35,863 nt of DNA from a virus. Taxonomy: Duplodnaviria; Caudoviricetes. Made by a program: the position numbers and the translations under genes. Positions 18,029-26,659 of this stretch are shown one piece after another. Location of the stretch: the IMG/VR virus record IMGVR_UViG_3300005573_000194, positions 1 through 35,863 of that record. The stretch is one strand, 5' to 3'. The notes beneath the pieces are model-generated. The model worked only from the letters and a program-made list of their open reading frames with translations. It was not told the origin of the DNA and searched no databases. The first letter of the stretch is position 1. Every line of letters starts with the position of its first letter.

Positions 18029-18916
18029 ATGGAACAAAAACTAAAAGATTTTATAAACAAATGGATAAATAAGGGTGGCGTTGGAAATACGCCAGAAAAT
18101 AAAGGACAGTGTGTCGGTTTGGTTTGTGTCTGGGTAGATGAATTAAGTTTAGACCATATTTGGGGAAATGCCAAAGATTTGTGGAAAAACTATAATCCTA
18201 ATCAATTTGACTTTGTATTAAATACTGCCGATGCTTATCCAATAGCAGGTGATGTCGTTGTTTGGAATGAGAAGATGGGGGGGGGATATGGACACACGGC
18301 TATTGCCACAGGTGTTCATCATACCGAAGGAAAAGCAACTGATTGGTTTGAAGCTTTTTCTCAAAATGACCCAACTGGTTCTCCTTGTATCTTAAAAAAA
18401 TACTCTTATAACAATGTCATAGGATTTATTAGACCTAAAAAAGAACTGGCAAAATTAGATGACTATTATTTGGGAATTGACCTAAACAACAAAGAAAGTA
18501 TCAAGGTTTGTGTTTCAACTTGGAAAAGAGTTATTGACGGGGAGTTTGTAGAGAAATCAAAATATCAGGAGTTAGAAAATGCCATTGCTAACTTAAATCA
18601 GCAAATATCAGACTTAAACGCCAAAAACACAATTATAAACGATGAGAATAAAGATTTACGAGACCAATTAAAGGATTGTCAGGACAAGATAGAGGAAGGA
18701 AATATCACAAGTAGCACTCAATCGGAACAATTGCTAACATTAACTCAAGAGCTAAACCGACTAAAACTTGACTATGAGAACGCCAAAAAAGACTTCGGGA
18801 TAAAAGAGATTAACTATCAAAAACAAATAAAGACTTTACAAACCAAATATGATGCGACCAAATCAAGTATTAAAAAGTTGCTAATAGATTATATATTTGG
18901 TAAAAAGGAAATATGA
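18029..18916 (+). CDS. CHAP-domain endolysin with C-terminal coiled coil
   Basis: GQCV, GNAKDLW, GDVVVW, YGHTAIA, FSQN. Confidence 0.88.
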   Translation: MEQKLKDFINKWINKGGVGNTPENKGQCVGLVCVWVDELSLDHIWGNAKDLWKNYNPNQFDFVLNTADAYPIAGDVVVWNEKMGGGYGHTAIATGVHHTEGKATDWFEAFSQNDPTGSPCILKKYSYNNVIGFIRPKKELAKLDDYYLGIDLNNKESIKVCVSTWKRVIDGEFVEKSKYQELENAIANLNQQISDLNAKNTIINDENKDLRDQLKDCQDKIEEGNITSSTQSEQLLTLTQELNRLKLDYENAKKDFGIKEINYQKQIKTLQTKYDATKSSIKKLLIDYIFGKKEI

Positions 18917-19143
18917 CAAAAGGAGATAGATTACCACCATATTTTGTAGATTATATGGACGAGAGGTTCAAGAGAATAGAAGATATTCTATCTCCAATGG
19001 TAAAAAAGGTAGAAGAACACGATAAATGGATTGAGGGTTTTGAGGCAAGGATAGGAGTAATTGTCTCAATCTTGGGCGGACTATTTGCTTTAGCCTTTAC
19101 TCTTGTTAAAGATGTAGTTGCTAATATATTAAAAGTTAGATAA
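18913..19143 (+). CDS. Holin/hemolysin-like membrane protein
   Basis: Coiled coil plus one C-terminal TM helix, next to the endolysin. Confidence 0.6.
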   Translation: MTKGDRLPPYFVDYMDERFKRIEDILSPMVKKVEEHDKWIEGFEARIGVIVSILGGLFALAFTLVKDVVANILKVR

Positions 19144-19148
19144 ACAAT

Positions 19149-19322
19149 ATGGAAAAAAGTCCATTGTTAAGCCGTAAGTTTCTTTTCTCATTGTTATTAA
19201 CTGTCCTTTCTTTTGTCTTGGTTTTAACGGGAAAACTAACACCAAAAGAGTGGACCGATTTTGTTATGATTATTTCTGGCATATATGCGACATCAAACGT
19301 TGCATCAAAATTTGCCAAATGA
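19149..19322 (+). CDS. Holin (not in ORF track)
   Basis: MEKSPLLSRKFLFSLLLTVLSFVLVLTGK...FVMIISGIYATSNVASKFAK*; SRKF motif and two TM helices. Confidence 0.75.
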   Translation: MEKSPLLSRKFLFSLLLTVLSFVLVLTGKLTPKEWTDFVMIISGIYATSNVASKFAK

Positions 19323-19455
19323 GAAAGAGTTGTATAAAAGGTATTTAAGAGAAAGACACTTTATAGAAAAACATCACCCTTTTTATAAGGACTATATTAT
19401 TAGTTTTGAGGAGTATTTAGTTAGAAATTATCATAAAAGAAGGTATATAATTTAA
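19285..19455 (+). CDS. Possible small hypothetical protein
   Basis: 56-aa frame filling the gap between the holin and the 19460 ORF; start uncertain. Confidence 0.35.
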   Translation: MRHQTLHQNLPNEKELYKRYLRERHFIEKHHPFYKDYIISFEEYLVRNYHKRRYII

Positions 19456-19459
19456 TAAT

Positions 19460-19741
19460 ATGGCAATAATTGTTGATGATTTTATAATCGGTTCTTCTGG
19501 TGAAAATATAGGAATTGGAAATATTTTTGTTGCCTTAAAAGCAATTATAAATGCTTTAACAAGACCGTTATGGGTAGACCCGGCAACATCAAGAATGAAA
19601 GCGGATGTGGTTATATCATCGGGAACAGTAACCACGGTAACCACAACGGGCACTCTTACTAATTTAGGAACGGCGAATGTAACTGGTCAATATATTGATA
19701 GATTATCTTGGGCAAATACAATTCGTCCAAGAATTACTTGA
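19460..19741 (+). CDS. Hypothetical structural protein
   Basis: T/V-rich beta segment GTVTTVTTTGTLTN. Confidence 0.65.
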   Translation: MAIIVDDFIIGSSGENIGIGNIFVALKAIINALTRPLWVDPATSRMKADVVISSGTVTTVTTTGTLTNLGTANVTGQYIDRLSWANTIRPRIT

Positions 19742-19763
19742 TTAAAAGTTATATAATAAAAAT

Positions 19764-21347
19764 ATGGCAACAACACTTTCGTTCAAAGATATAATTGATC
19801 TTCCGCAATGGAGAACGTTGGCAAACTCTATCACGGCAACTGCGGCAGGTTCTTGTCTATGCGGCGATAGTAGAAATGACGCATCAAGAGATCCATTTTT
19901 ATATCTTTTGATTAATGCCACTACTTTTCAAAGATATAATGTCTTAAATGATGAGTGGCAGACTTTAACCTCTCCAGCCTTAGCGGGAACTTTTGGTGCG
20001 GGTGCTAGTTCTGTTTTTGTTGCTTCTGCTGGTCCTTCGGGAACATTGGCGACAGGAGCAACTACTACATCAGTAGTTCTTTCAACTGCCTTGCCTGCGG
20101 CAGTAGGGGTAAATCAACTTGCCAATAACGGAAGTGGTGTTGGTTACAAGATAAGAATTATTGGCAATGCTACAGGTTCGTCGGGAAAAACAGAAGAAAA
20201 ATACATTATTGGAAACACTGCTGGGACTACTCCCACAATATATCTTGATAGTGCCTTAACTTTTACTCCCATTGCTGGGGATAGGTATGAAATCTTATCT
20301 GGTAGGGTAATGCTAATGTCTGCAGGGACATTGGCGGCTGGTATTGTTAAGGCGTATGATATTGCCACAAATTCTTATGTTACCGTAACTCAAACTAACC
20401 TTCCTGCGACAATCAGCACGGATTCAGAAAACATTGTGCTTGATGAATTGTTTGTGCCCTCTACAAGAAATCCGGGAGAAGGATTTTTTGGTAATCTTGT
20501 TGCTAGTGCCAGCTCCTCAACTTCTATTACAGGACAGGCAAGCGGTGGAGACGCTGGGGTTCTGGCTAATGAATATAGAAACTTTCAAATTAGAATTGTT
20601 CAAGATACAACAACCCCAACCGCTGTGGGTCAGCGAAGGATAATATCCTCCCATACTGCGGGTCCCTCTCCCATTTATACTGTGCCTACTTGGACAGTAA
20701 CGCCTTCTGCTACTGCTACATTTGTAATTGAAAATAATAACGATATTCTTTTATCAAGCTCTGCCTCAACCACGATGTATTCTTATCGGATGGGTGGATT
20801 TACCGCAGACGGGACTTGGAGCTATACGGGAACAGTTGGAACCAACGGAGCCTTGGCTTATGCGGTTCGCCCTGCGGCTTCAGGAGCAGGGACTAATGCT
20901 CTTCCATCTTGGGGTCTTACTTTAGATAGTGCCAAATTAGCCAGACATAGTTATATCTATTGGTTTAGGGGAGGTGCATCAAATACCCTTGATTTACTTG
21001 ATATTGCCGGGGCATCGGGAACGGGAGCGTGGACTGCGGCAATTGCTTATGGTGGTTCAACGGCAGCGACTACTTTTACTACTGGAACGGGAAGCTGTTA
21101 TGACGGGGCGACTAATACAGGTAAGTATGGATATATCAATGTGAATGCTACTCAAAGATTCTTGAGATTTGATGTATTAAATAGGGTGCTTGAACCGTGG
21201 GCTTATTTACCATATGCCCAAAACACGGCGACAATAGGAGAAAAGATAGCAACTTCGTTATTTATTGACGGGACGACTAAGTTAGCATTCTTGTATGCAA
21301 TTCAAAGCACTGGAACAGTATTTTGGAATTGTGCGATACAAAGATAA
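19764..21347 (+). CDS. Beta-propeller-like virion protein / second adhesin
   Basis: T/A/G/S-rich; Kelch-like blades (RYNVLNDEW, AYDIATNSY, RFDVLNRV) with two similar inserted beta domains. Confidence 0.6.
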   Translation: MATTLSFKDIIDLPQWRTLANSITATAAGSCLCGDSRNDASRDPFLYLLINATTFQRYNVLNDEWQTLTSPALAGTFGAGASSVFVASAGPSGTLATGATTTSVVLSTALPAAVGVNQLANNGSGVGYKIRIIGNATGSSGKTEEKYIIGNTAGTTPTIYLDSALTFTPIAGDRYEILSGRVMLMSAGTLAAGIVKAYDIATNSYVTVTQTNLPATISTDSENIVLDELFVPSTRNPGEGFFGNLVASASSSTSITGQASGGDAGVLANEYRNFQIRIVQDTTTPTAVGQRRIISSHTAGPSPIYTVPTWTVTPSATATFVIENNNDILLSSSASTTMYSYRMGGFTADGTWSYTGTVGTNGALAYAVRPAASGAGTNALPSWGLTLDSAKLARHSYIYWFRGGASNTLDLLDIAGASGTGAWTAAIAYGGSTAATTFTTGTGSCYDGATNTGKYGYINVNATQRFLRFDVLNRVLEPWAYLPYAQNTATIGEKIATSLFIDGTTKLAFLYAIQSTGTVFWNCAIQR

Positions 21348-21372
21348 ATATATTATAATTTAATAATTAACA

Positions 21373-21654
21373 ATCCCCTTATCACCACCGTAGTCGGGGA
21401 TAGTATATAATATATAGTTAGGAACTAAAAGGCGTCGGGAAACTGGGGACTTTGCCGAAAGTTAGGAACTAAAAGGCAAAAATATTATTACATTCTCTGT
21501 AATACCACCATAGCGGAGATAGGCGACAAACTGGGGACTTGTTGCTGAATAAAACCGCTTTTGCGGTAAAGTCAATACAGTTGGCAAGTGAAAAAACCTT
21601 TGGGCAATTGGGGAAGGCGAAAATTGGGTGGTCGCCGCCAACACCTCTGCCAAC
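21373..21654 (+). ncRNA. Putative modular multi-hairpin RNA
   Basis: Repeated loop motifs on different stems, G.U pairs favouring the + strand, 18-nt exact repeat at 21416-33 and 21460-77. Confidence 0.6.
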
Positions 21655-21672
21655 CGCCCCACTTTTAAAAAT

Positions 21673-22599
21673 ATGGAAAGAAATAAACCGCCAATAGTTG
21701 AAAAACCACCACAACCTCAATTATCTTCCTTATCCGAACAACTTTCTTCTTTACATCAATTAGCTGAAACCATAAGACAAAAAGAATTATGGAAAGATGA
21801 GGTTGAAATTAAAGTTCAAACAAGAGGACTACCGTTTATGCTTATTGGCTTATCCGACCTCCATATTGGAAGTCGTGGAGTGGATTTTCAAGCATTAGAA
21901 AGATATTTAAACTTCATAAAAACTAACCCAGTCTATACCGTTTTAATCGGAGACCTTGCTGACAACTTTTCTCCTACTTCTCATCCCGACGGAATGATGA
22001 AAGATTTAGTCAACCCATCTGACCAATGGGCAGTCGCAAGGGCATTTTTCAAAGAGTATGAGGATAAGATTTTAGCGGTTGTATCGGGTGGACAACACGA
22101 CTTTTGGCAGGAGGATAAGTCGGGTATTGATATTTACCGGTGGTTAACAGATGACTTAAATATTCCGCTTTTGGAGGCTGGTGGGCTTTTGAGATTAAAG
22201 ATAGATGAGGCGGAATTTAAGGTAAGACTTTGGCACAAAATCGCAAGATTAAATTCTCAATTCAATCTCACTCACGCAGGCTTTCAGGCATTGCGGCTTT
22301 CAGGAGATGATGCGGATTTAGTGATAAGTGGTGATAAGCATTTAGGCGGTTTAGCCGTTCAAGATGTTGGCAAAAAAAGAATTGTCTGTCAGTTGGGGAC
22401 TTTTAAAACAAATGACCAGTGGGCAAGGAGGCAGGGAATGGTTCAGCGACCAAAACCTTTTTATCCCGTCTTTATGTTTTTTCCTGAAACCCACAATATT
22501 GAGGCTGTTGAGAATCTTGATCAGGCAGAGGAATTGATTGGAGGGATGCAGAAATACTATAAACAAAAAGCAGTTTCTTTATTAGGAATAAAAAAATGA
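21673..22599 (+). CDS. Calcineurin-like metallophosphoesterase
   Basis: SDLHIG, GDLAD, GGQHD, WHK, SGDKH; ATG at 21673 preferred over the GTG at 21628. Confidence 0.85.
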   Translation: MERNKPPIVEKPPQPQLSSLSEQLSSLHQLAETIRQKELWKDEVEIKVQTRGLPFMLIGLSDLHIGSRGVDFQALERYLNFIKTNPVYTVLIGDLADNFSPTSHPDGMMKDLVNPSDQWAVARAFFKEYEDKILAVVSGGQHDFWQEDKSGIDIYRWLTDDLNIPLLEAGGLLRLKIDEAEFKVRLWHKIARLNSQFNLTHAGFQALRLSGDDADLVISGDKHLGGLAVQDVGKKRIVCQLGTFKTNDQWARRQGMVQRPKPFYPVFMFFPETHNIEAVENLDQAEELIGGMQKYYKQKAVSLLGIKK

Positions 22600-22781
22600 T
22601 AAATTGGAATAATATTTTAACAAGGGAAGGCGTAATGAAGCTATTAAAAATCAGTCCAGCTACCTATCAGCGGTGGCTTAATAAAGGTTTTTTATCAAAG
22701 ATTAAAAGAAGAATAGGAAATCAGTGTTTATTTGATAAAGAGGAAATATTAAAAGAACTTGAAAAGATGCCAAAATCATAA
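22596..22781 (+). CDS. HTH_17 / MerR-like winged-helix DNA-binding protein
   Basis: LTREGVMKLLKISPATYQRWLNKG...IGNQCLFDKEEI. Confidence 0.8.
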   Translation: MINWNNILTREGVMKLLKISPATYQRWLNKGFLSKIKRRIGNQCLFDKEEILKELEKMPKS

Positions 22782-23201
22782 TTCATCCATATCCTTCCAT
22801 ATAACTCTTTGTCCATCTATTGCCTCTGTCTTCCACTTCTTATAGTCTTCCTCGTGAATATCTGTCAAGTAATACTCTCTTATCAAAGGCTTCCAGATAT
22901 ACTTTTTCCCACCTCTTTTTACTTTAAGTTTTCGCCAAGCAAAAAGGTAGGCTGGTTGGTCAGTATCAAGCCAATAATTTAAGATGGGATTTTCTACCAT
23001 TTTTTTATGATGGGATTGAAAGTTGGCAACAGTAGTAGCCTGTATTCCACAGACAGAGTGTCTAAAGATTGCTACCATATCAAAGAGATTAAAAAGGTCT
23101 ACTGACTTTCTCGGATACTTATTCCAGAACTCTACATTGCCAACAATCGCTCCTTCTGCTTTCAAATACTCCCGTGTTTTTTGCTTGATATTAGTTTTCA
23201 T
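22776..23201 (-). CDS. PD-(D/E)XK nuclease, Holliday junction resolvase-like
   Basis: YLKAEG...VE, DLFNLFDMVAI, GIQAT. Confidence 0.6.
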   Translation of the reverse strand: MKTNIKQKTREYLKAEGAIVGNVEFWNKYPRKSVDLFNLFDMVAIFRHSVCGIQATTVANFQSHHKKMVENPILNYWLDTDQPAYLFAWRKLKVKRGGKKYIWKPLIREYYLTDIHEEDYKKWKTEAIDGQRVIWKDMDEL

Positions 23202-23248
23202 AATATATTTTTATTATTTTTTTAATTTCTGATATAAATAGTTTCATA

Positions 23249-23521
23249 TTATTTATTTTTAACTTTTAATTTATTTATTAACTTTTTAACACTAGCTAAT
23301 AATTCTTCGTATCTTATCTTCCAATATACCTCTTGTATTTCCTTACTATTTAATCGTTCTTTTGGTAATCCTTCTTTAAGTTTAATAGTTGTACTTTCTT
23401 TATTAATTTCTTTATTAAACAGATTTACCAACTTTCTTGGTCTGTCCTTCTCCTTAACATTTCCCAATATCTGCCTTATTTTTTCCTCTAAACTTAATTC
23501 TTTTTTCTTTTTAGCTCTCAT
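23249..23521 (-). CDS. Hypothetical protein
   Basis: 90-aa ORF in the early operon. Confidence 0.6.
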   Translation of the reverse strand: MRAKKKKELSLEEKIRQILGNVKEKDRPRKLVNLFNKEINKESTTIKLKEGLPKERLNSKEIQEVYWKIRYEELLASVKKLINKLKVKNK

Positions 23522-23628
23522 ATTATTTTATTTAACTTTTAACTATACCATTTGGCTTGTGCTGTCTTTGTGAAACCAATAGCCAAAAATAAAACCGATA
23601 ATAAAAATGATGAAATATAAAAACATAG

Positions 23629-23859
23629 TTATTTTTTAACGTTTAACCTTTCTTCCAGCATTTTTACTGTCTTATTTAACAACGCAACTACCTTCTTCCA
23701 TCTTTTTATAGTTTCCCTATCAAAACCACAATCAAAAATAAAATCTCTTCGACCTCGCTCGTTTAATAAACTTACTCTGTTATTTTCAAGCTCGACAAAC
23801 AACTGATAATCACCTTCCCATACTTTAATTTTTTCTTTTATTAATTTGGTTTTTATCAT
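23629..23859 (-). CDS. Hypothetical protein
   Basis: 76-aa ORF in the early operon. Confidence 0.6.
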   Translation of the reverse strand: MIKTKLIKEKIKVWEGDYQLFVELENNRVSLLNERGRRDFIFDCGFDRETIKRWKKVVALLNKTVKMLEERLNVKK

Positions 23860-24118
23860 AGATTTTTTTAACTTTTAACCTATTTTCTCCCCTTCTCCAT
23901 TTGTTCCTGATATATGTTGGTATCTCAAGCCAATCATCCTCCGACACCACCATAACTTTTCGAGGCGGATATTTCATTGGAACGCTGTCTCTTTTTCTTT
24001 TTGCCTCCAGTCTAACCTCCTGCCATTTGAAAGGCAGCCCTTCTCTTATAAGGCGATAAATTAAGTTGGGATAAAAACCATATTTTTTAGCAAGTTGCGG
24101 AACGGTTAAGTATGTCAT
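23825..24118 (-). CDS. HTH DNA-binding protein (excisionase-like N-terminus)
   Basis: YLTVPQLAKKYGFYPNLIYRLIREGLP. Confidence 0.7.
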   Translation of the reverse strand: MTYLTVPQLAKKYGFYPNLIYRLIREGLPFKWQEVRLEAKRKRDSVPMKYPPRKVMVVSEDDWLEIPTYIRNKWRRGENRLKVKKIYDKNQINKRKN

Positions 24119-24651
24119 ATTATTTTCTTATCTTTGAAAAACTTATAAATTTCATATCCTAAACCATCAATAAAATCCCTTGCCTCATCAATCATCTCAT
24201 CATAAAACCACTTCATCGACCAGTCGGTGTTTACTCCGTCATAATGAATAACATATATTTTTTCAACTGGTAATTTTTGAGATTGGCAAAGTAAAGAATA
24301 GATTGATAACTGTTGATTGGATAAATAAGAGACAGATGGAATTTTACCTGTCTTTAACTCGTATATTACACCCTCATCATAAACATCCACAACACCTACC
24401 AAATCCCATAACTCGTTATACTCCATATTTATTTTTAATTCTGACTTTGGGTTTTTTAATTTTAATCCACCAAACTCTTTTGATAACTGATTTAAAGTTT
24501 TAACCGCATTTTCATTCTCTTTATGTTTTTCTTTCCCAAACTCCATTGCTTTACTGGTAATCTCTTTTAATCCCAAATAATAATTTAAGGCATCATCTAC
24601 TCTCCCCCGTCGCCAAAAATCTAAAAGCGTATAAGATAATCGCAATTTCAT
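24115..24651 (-). CDS. PD-(D/E)XK exonuclease (recombination partner of ERF)
   Basis: LSYT, FGKEKH, LVGVVD, IYELKTG, QLSIY. Confidence 0.8.
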   Translation of the reverse strand: MKLRLSYTLLDFWRRGRVDDALNYYLGLKEITSKAMEFGKEKHKENENAVKTLNQLSKEFGGLKLKNPKSELKINMEYNELWDLVGVVDVYDEGVIYELKTGKIPSVSYLSNQQLSIYSLLCQSQKLPVEKIYVIHYDGVNTDWSMKWFYDEMIDEARDFIDGLGYEIYKFFKDKKII

Positions 24652-25088
24652 ACCTCATCTGGTAAACTTTTAACATCCTCTTTCAATCTTAAACTTAAAC
24701 TTTTTTCTCTTTCTTTGGTGATAATCCCTTTTGGTAATTCTCCAACTTCTTTAATATAGTTGTCAATTGTCTTTGTATCTGGCTTAACATAAACAACCTC
24801 CTGATAAAACCCTTCTGCTTTTTCTTTGTCTGCTACCTCATACTTTGCTCCGTGATAAGAAAAAACGGCTTTTACTCTTTTGCCTTCTACTCCCTTAAAG
24901 TTAGGTAAAATACTCTCTCCTGCTTGCTTTATCTGTTCTTTTACTTTTTCTATCGCCTCATCTATTTTGTTTTTAATCTCCAACAGCTTTACCAACTCTT
25001 CTTCTGCCTCCTTCTTAAAGACCAGTTTCCCGCTTTCCTCAGCTAATTTCGTGATCTCGTCAGGATAAAAGACTATTTTTGTTTTCAT
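24648..25088 (-). CDS. Hypothetical recombination-module protein (Gp157-like)
   Basis: Coiled coil then KPDTKTI...GELPKGI; lies between ERF and the exonuclease. Confidence 0.5.
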   Translation of the reverse strand: MKTKIVFYPDEITKLAEESGKLVFKKEAEEELVKLLEIKNKIDEAIEKVKEQIKQAGESILPNFKGVEGKRVKAVFSYHGAKYEVADKEKAEGFYQEVVYVKPDTKTIDNYIKEVGELPKGIITKEREKSLSLRLKEDVKSLPDEV

Positions 25089-25825
25089 TTTTTTAAAGCA
25101 ACTGATAACATATTTGATGCCTGATTCAGTGTCAGCTTTTCAACATCTCCGCTGTAATTTATTTTCCCTTCCTTCATTAAATTTTTAATCGCATACTTTT
25201 GTTTATCGGTGGCTGGTTTTTGTGTTTCTGTTAATTTATCAAATTCGGAAAACTTTCTTTTTTCAGTATTTGTATAAGTTGGTTTAACCGAAACAGCATC
25301 ATTATCTTCATCTGCTGTCATTATTCCAAAAGCGTTGCAAAAGGCGTATCTTTTAGCAAATGTTAAAGCAGAGGCATATTTTTGAGGCTCGGTCATATAT
25401 CCTTCTTTATCAATTCCAACCTCAAAAGAGGATCGCTCCGTATTACCCGCTGTATGTCTTACAATACAAATTGCTTTTACTTTATCATTATTCACCTCTG
25501 TATTAATTTGATATGAAAAGTTATATTTTTTTATTAAACCTTTAACTTGTAAAATAATATCTTCAAGAGGAGCATAAGAATATCTAATAGTTCCGTCTTT
25601 GTTTTTAACCTGTCTTGTTTTTTTAATTTGGGGCATTTCGTTTTGAAGTTCTGCCATTGCTTTAAAAAATTCACTTTTTGCCCACTCATCTTTTAATTCT
25701 TTTCTCATAGCCAACAATCTTTCCATTGTCCCAACATCTACTTTTGCACTAATTGCCTTTTCGATCAAAGCCTCAGGGGAAAAAGCCAACCCTGTTTCTG
25801 TTTTAATTATGTTTTTGTCTGCCAT
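25085..25825 (-). CDS. ERF-family ssDNA annealing protein
   Basis: YSYAPLEDI, SALTFAKRYAFCNAFGIMTADEDND. Confidence 0.9.
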   Translation of the reverse strand: MADKNIIKTETGLAFSPEALIEKAISAKVDVGTMERLLAMRKELKDEWAKSEFFKAMAELQNEMPQIKKTRQVKNKDGTIRYSYAPLEDIILQVKGLIKKYNFSYQINTEVNNDKVKAICIVRHTAGNTERSSFEVGIDKEGYMTEPQKYASALTFAKRYAFCNAFGIMTADEDNDAVSVKPTYTNTEKRKFSEFDKLTETQKPATDKQKYAIKNLMKEGKINYSGDVEKLTLNQASNMLSVALKK

Positions 25826-25881
25826 ATTATTTATTTTTAACTTTTAATAGTTTTTTAATTTTTCTATTTTGTTTTTTCATA

Positions 25882-26478
25882 TTACCTTCCTTCAAAATAA
25901 CTATTAACTAATAATTTGGCTTGTTCTAAATAATCTAAATATCTTTTGTTTTTATAAACTGACCAAGGTTCCCATTTTTGCTCTTTATAAATCTCATATG
26001 CTACTTTTACATTATCAAAACAGTTGTCCCACTTTCCACCAAACTTATCAAATCTCCATTGATGTAAAGGTAAATGAATTTGCATCAAACCATAATCACT
26101 AGTATCGCTTGTTCTTTTGCAATTTAACCCGCTTTCTGCCATTGCTATAGCATAGGCGGTAATATCTTTACCGAAATAAATATAAATTGCTTCTAATTCT
26201 GGACGGAATTCTTTCTTTTCTCTCTCCTGCCCAAAAACACTTAAAATTTGCCCATTTTTAGACGATTTTAGGGGGGTATTGTTTGTTTGCCTATAGGGAT
26301 AGATACCCTTTTTCTTAATGATTGGTGATTGAAACTTTATTAAAATCGGACTTTGGACTGAATAGTTGCTCCAAAACTTATAGTTCAAGTATTCAAAAAT
26401 CATAAATAAAAGTAAAAACACTAAAATCTTTGTTTTTAAGTTCAATCCTTTTTTTTGAAAATTAAGTTTTTTTATCAT
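25882..26478 (-). CDS. Membrane-anchored lytic transglycosylase (SLT/lysozyme-like)
   Basis: N-terminal TM helix; AIAMAESG, DYGLMQIH, NVKVAYEIY, WEPWS. Confidence 0.85.
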   Translation of the reverse strand: MIKKLNFQKKGLNLKTKILVFLLLFMIFEYLNYKFWSNYSVQSPILIKFQSPIIKKKGIYPYRQTNNTPLKSSKNGQILSVFGQEREKKEFRPELEAIYIYFGKDITAYAIAMAESGLNCKRTSDTSDYGLMQIHLPLHQWRFDKFGGKWDNCFDNVKVAYEIYKEQKWEPWSVYKNKRYLDYLEQAKLLVNSYFEGR

Positions 26479-26651
26479 ATTTTTTTATACCAATCTGATG
26501 TAATTGTGTCTTCATAAATACTATTTCTAAGGTCTCTAAATTCTTCTTTACCACATTTCATACATTTTCTTATAGTTGGATAAAAGCCTTTATTGTATGC
26601 CCAATCGTGAACACATATTCTATTGATAAACTCAATTAGTTTTTTTTTCAT
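26475..26651 (-). CDS. Small zinc-binding protein, DUF1660-like (not in ORF track)
   Basis: 58 aa: ICVHDW...RKCMKCGKE; ATGA-coupled to the next gene. Confidence 0.65.
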   Translation of the reverse strand: MKKKLIEFINRICVHDWAYNKGFYPTIRKCMKCGKEEFRDLRNSIYEDTITSDWYKKI

Positions 26652-26659
26652 TTTATTTT

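Noticed and set aside
19136-19318. 60-aa minus-strand ORF
   Set aside because: Antisense shadow of the + strand holin at 19149-19322
21367-21397. Seventh class-1 promoter (TTAACAATCCCC)
   Set aside because: No -10 box at the 19-bp position; the CCCC is a hairpin stem
21373-21567. CRISPR or TIGR-like array
   Set aside because: No regular repeat-spacer period, three different motifs in mixed order, and no Cas or Nop-domain gene recognised
21462-21720. Minus-strand ORFs of 66 and 83 aa, and the GTG extension at 21628
   Set aside because: They overlap the structured repeats and have no protein-like features
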